NCBI GenBank assembly: GCA_944376605.1 | Contig: CALWDE010000004.1 | Span: 102,359 to 166,358 of the forward strand | Length of the DNA: 64,000 nt | DNA from: an uncultured Bacilli bacterium | Lineage (GTDB): Bacteria > Bacillota_I > Bacilli_A > RFN20 > CAG-826 | Direction: 5' to 3' | Shown: positions 61,249 to 64,000 of the stretch, piece after piece | Numbering within the stretch: position 1 is the stretch's first letter | Layout of the letters: every line of letters begins with the position of its first letter | The notes under the pieces: generated by a model | Told to the model about the DNA's origin: nothing | What the model saw: only the letters and a program-made list of their open reading frames with translations | Databases searched by the model: none | Translations under genes and position numbers: made by a program

Positions 61249-61354
61249 TTTTTCGTGACAAAACGCCTTTCCCTAGTATCTTATTCAAAGCGGTAGAGGA
61301 TACCGCAATTTCAAAACATGATGATTACCTTTGTAATATGTCCGGAGGAGAAAA

Positions 61355-63553
61355 ATGAACGATAATCCTGAAAAGCAAGGTAGGAGCTGGACTAGTTTCT
61401 TACCTTATATTGTTGGTGCCGTATTAATCGGCCTTATTATCTGGTGGATTGTCTCAGCAATGAGTGGTGGTTCTACCACTGTTTATCCGAATCAAGTAGA
61501 TGCTCTATTTGGTTATGTGGAAGATAGCAACACTACTTCTGCTGGTGAAACAGACGGTCTAGATAAAGGCTCTCTTGCTGGGAGAAATATTGATGATCCA
61601 GATGGAGTATATTTCTATATTCCTCAATATAACGTTTCCGAGGGAGAAAAAGTGGTGAACGTTTCTTTCACTGGTTTTGCGTTAAATGAAAGTGTTGCTT
61701 CTCCCTACGCAACTCGCTACTCCATTGTTGTTACTTTTGAGGCAAATGAATGGCATAACGATTTTGCCAATCACGATGCTTATAGCGAAATTTTCCGTGC
61801 AAAAGTGGAAGAGTGGAAAGCAACTCCTGAGCTTTATGAGAAGGGGTATATCACCCAAGCAGAATGGAGAAATTATGCTATCGGCCCTATTGTTTCTGAT
61901 GCTTACCAAGTATCTTTCTGGGATTCTTGGGGACCCACAATTTTGTGGCTTGTTATTTTTGGCGGATTAACCATTTTCCTTATTTACCGCATGAGTGCGA
62001 TTTCTCGTCAAGGCGGAGCAGGATCTGCAATGGATTTCAACCGTTCTCCTGCTCGCAGAGAAAAGAGCAACGTTCATTTTAATGATGTTGCAGGGTGCGA
62101 CGAAGAAAAAGCCGAAATGGTGGAAATGGTTGACTACTTAAAGGAACCAAAGAAGTATAGCCAGTTTGGCGCTAGATTACCCAAAGGTGTTTTACTCATT
62201 GGCCCTCCGGGTACAGGCAAAACCTTACTTGCAAAAGCAGTAGCGGGTGAAGCGGGCGTTCCTTTCTTTAGCATTTCCGGTTCCGACTTTGTTGAAATGT
62301 TTGTCGGTGTTGGCGCGGGAAGAGTTCGTGATTTGTTCCGCAAAGCCAAACAAAACGCTCCTTGCGTCATTTTCATTGATGAAATTGATGCTGTTGGTAG
62401 ACAAAGAGGAGCTGGACTTGGTGGTGGAAACGATGAAAGAGAACAGACCTTAAATCAGCTTCTTGTTGAGATGGACGGCTTCTCTTATAACGCTGGTATT
62501 TTGGTAATGGCTGCTACAAACCGTGACGACGTGTTAGATCCCGCTCTTTTACGTCCGGGAAGATTTGATCGTATCATTACGGTTGGTTTACCTGATAAAG
62601 AAGGCAGAGAGGCAATCTTTAAAGTTCACGCAAGGAATAAAACTGTAGATCCTTCCGTTGACTTTAAGGCATTAGCGCAAAGAACAGTGGGATTCTCTGG
62701 CGCAGACATTGAAAACATCATGAATGAAGCTGCCATCTTAGCGGTTCGTTTCCATAAATCTTCTGTTGGTATGGCAGAAATTGATGAAGCCATTGACCGC
62801 AGAATCGCAGGCCCTGCGAAAAACGGAAAAGGAATGAACGCTTTAGAAAGAAGACAAGTTGCCTATCATGAGTCTGGGCATGCCATTATTGGGCTAGTGT
62901 TGCCTCATTCGGAAAAAGTGCAAAAAATTACCATTATTCCGAGAGGAAGAACGGGCGGCCATGTACTTATGACGCCAGAAGATGATCGTTTCTTGCTTAC
63001 CAAAAAGGAACTTCTTGCCCAAATTACTGGATTACTTGGTGGAAGATCTTCGGAAGAAATTTTCTTTGATGATATTTCTACTGGTGCAGAAAATGACATT
63101 CAACAAGCTACACGTCTTGCTCGTCTTATGGTTACAACATACGGCATGTCCGAGCTTGGACCTGTACAATATGAAAACTCTTCTACTTCCGTGTTCTTAG
63201 GAAGAGATTACACAGATACGCAAAAGAATTTCTCTGCGAAAGTTGCTTACGAAATTGACTCTGCGGTTCGTCAGATTATTGAGCAGTGTCACCAAGAAGC
63301 ACGGAGAATTATTTCTGAACACCGCGAACAAGTGAACCTTATCGCGAATACGCTTCTTGAAAAAGAAACGATTACAGCAGAAGAAATTGATTCCCTTGTG
63401 AAAACAGGGAAGCTTCCCGAAAAGAAAGTAGAAACCCCTACTTTTGTGGAAAAAGTTGCCCCTTCTGTTAGTGATAAGGCAGAAGATACTCCTTCTGCTT
63501 CCACTCCAGATTCCTCTCTTACGAATGAGGAAAAAGAGGAGAAAAAAGAATAA
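61355..63553 (+). CDS. ftsH: ATP-dependent zinc metalloprotease FtsH
   Basis: 2 TMs, AAA+ [27 protein letters not shown] zinc site. Confidence 0.95.
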   Translation: MNDNPEKQGRSWTSFLPYIVGAVLIGLIIWWIVSAMSGGSTTVYPNQVDALFGYVEDSNTTSAGETDGLDKGSLAGRNIDDPDGVYFYIPQYNVSEGEKVVNVSFTGFALNESVASPYATRYSIVVTFEANEWHNDFANHDAYSEIFRAKVEEWKATPELYEKGYITQAEWRNYAIGPIVSDAYQVSFWDSWGPTILWLVIFGGLTIFLIYRMSAISRQGGAGSAMDFNRSPARREKSNVHFNDVAGCDEEKAEMVEMVDYLKEPKKYSQFGARLPKGVLLIGPPGTGKTLLAKAVAGEAGVPFFSISGSDFVEMFVGVGAGRVRDLFRKAKQNAPCVIFIDEIDAVGRQRGAGLGGGNDEREQTLNQLLVEMDGFSYNAGILVMAATNRDDVLDPALLRPGRFDRIITVGLPDKEGREAIFKVHARNKTVDPSVDFKALAQRTVGFSGADIENIMNEAAILAVRFHKSSVGMAEIDEAIDRRIAGPAKNGKGMNALERRQVAYHESGHAIIGLVLPHSEKVQKITIIPRGRTGGHVLMTPEDDRFLLTKKELLAQITGLLGGRSSEEIFFDDISTGAENDIQQATRLARLMVTTYGMSELGPVQYENSSTSVFLGRDYTDTQKNFSAKVAYEIDSAVRQIIEQCHQEARRIISEHREQVNLIANTLLEKETITAEEIDSLVKTGKLPEKKVETPTFVEKVAPSVSDKAEDTPSASTPDSSLTNEEKEEKKE

Positions 63554-63587
63554 AATCTAAGGCCTGGAGGAATCCAGGTCTTATTTT

Positions 63588-64000
63588 TATGAGTGATATT
63601 CGTTTTCCTTACCCTGCTTCAATAGGAGATGTTTCTTTAGACGGCCGTCTTATTTTGGGCCCTATGGCAGGAGTTACTTATCTTCCTTATCGGGAATTTA
63701 TGCGTCCTTACGGGATTGCTTTAAGCGTAAGCGAGATGATTTCTGATTGCGGGATTGTTTATCATAATCAAAGAACATTTGAATATTTTGCCTCCTCTCC
63801 CTCTGATCATCCCTTTGCCTTGCAGCTTTTTGGAAGTCAGCTAGATAAGACTCTTGCCGCAATTGCGATTTTAGAAAAAGAAGCTCAATATGAGATTTTA
63901 GATTTGAACTTTGGCTGCCCCGTACCAAAGGTAACAAAAACAGGTGCAGGTTCTTCCTGGCTTTCTCGTCCAGAAGAACTTTACTCTTATGTACGGGCAA
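63588..64000 (+). CDS. dusB: tRNA-dihydrouridine synthase (5' partial, continues beyond window)
   Basis: MSDIRFPYPASIGDVSLDGRLILGPMAGVTYLPYREF... LNFGCP (Dus family). No stop within the window. Confidence 0.75.

Noticed and set aside
61249-61354. Hairpin GCGGTA-GAGGA-TACCGC in ftsH leader
   Set aside because: 6-bp stem without a U-tract; it cannot be assigned a function from sequence alone.

Overview
Core chromosomal origin-of-replication region of a low-GC, non-sporulating Firmicute. Ser-rich lipoproteins and reduced Bacillus-like synteny suggest an Erysipelotrichia/Mollicutes-like lineage; this is inference from gene content only. dnaA (minus strand) and rpmH (plus strand) diverge from an intergenic oriC rich in DnaA boxes, with a second DnaA-box/AT-rich cluster between dnaA and dnaN. 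Gene orientation switches at this point. To the left, most genes are on the minus strand: dnaA-dnaN-yaaA-recF-gyrB-gyrA, a GT4 glycosyltransferase, serS, SRP RNA (ffs), a Sel1-repeat protein, tadA, and a six-gene operon (MacB-like ABC transporter, P-type ATPase, psuG, TetR, Fe-ADH, M50-like membrane protein). Further left are gdpP-rplI-dnaB, a YycJ-like MBL hydrolase, rlmH, and a surface-protein cluster with a SipW-like signal peptidase; tldD-tldE lie on the plus strand between this block and the operon. To the right, most genes are on the plus strand: rpmH-rnpA-yidC-jag, a DUF2188-fusion membrane protein, mnmE-tatD-rnmV-rsmA-ispE-glmU, then an accessory insertion, then pth-mfd-yabO(rqcP)-tilS-ftsH-dusB. 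The insertion holds a RelB/DinJ-like RHH gene tightly coupled to a Zn-type macro-domain gene, a head-on ppdK, an FGGY kinase and a flavodoxin-like gene. No rRNA, tRNA, CRISPR array or transposase was found. The most unusual module is the DinJ-like + macro-domain pair with palindromic operator repeats. Other items of note are a pseudo-M50 protease, a TilS with a degenerate PP-loop, a divergent UDP-glucose-dehydrogenase-like protein, and a SipW-type peptidase next to large surface proteins. Coordinates of intergenic features are approximate (within a few nt).
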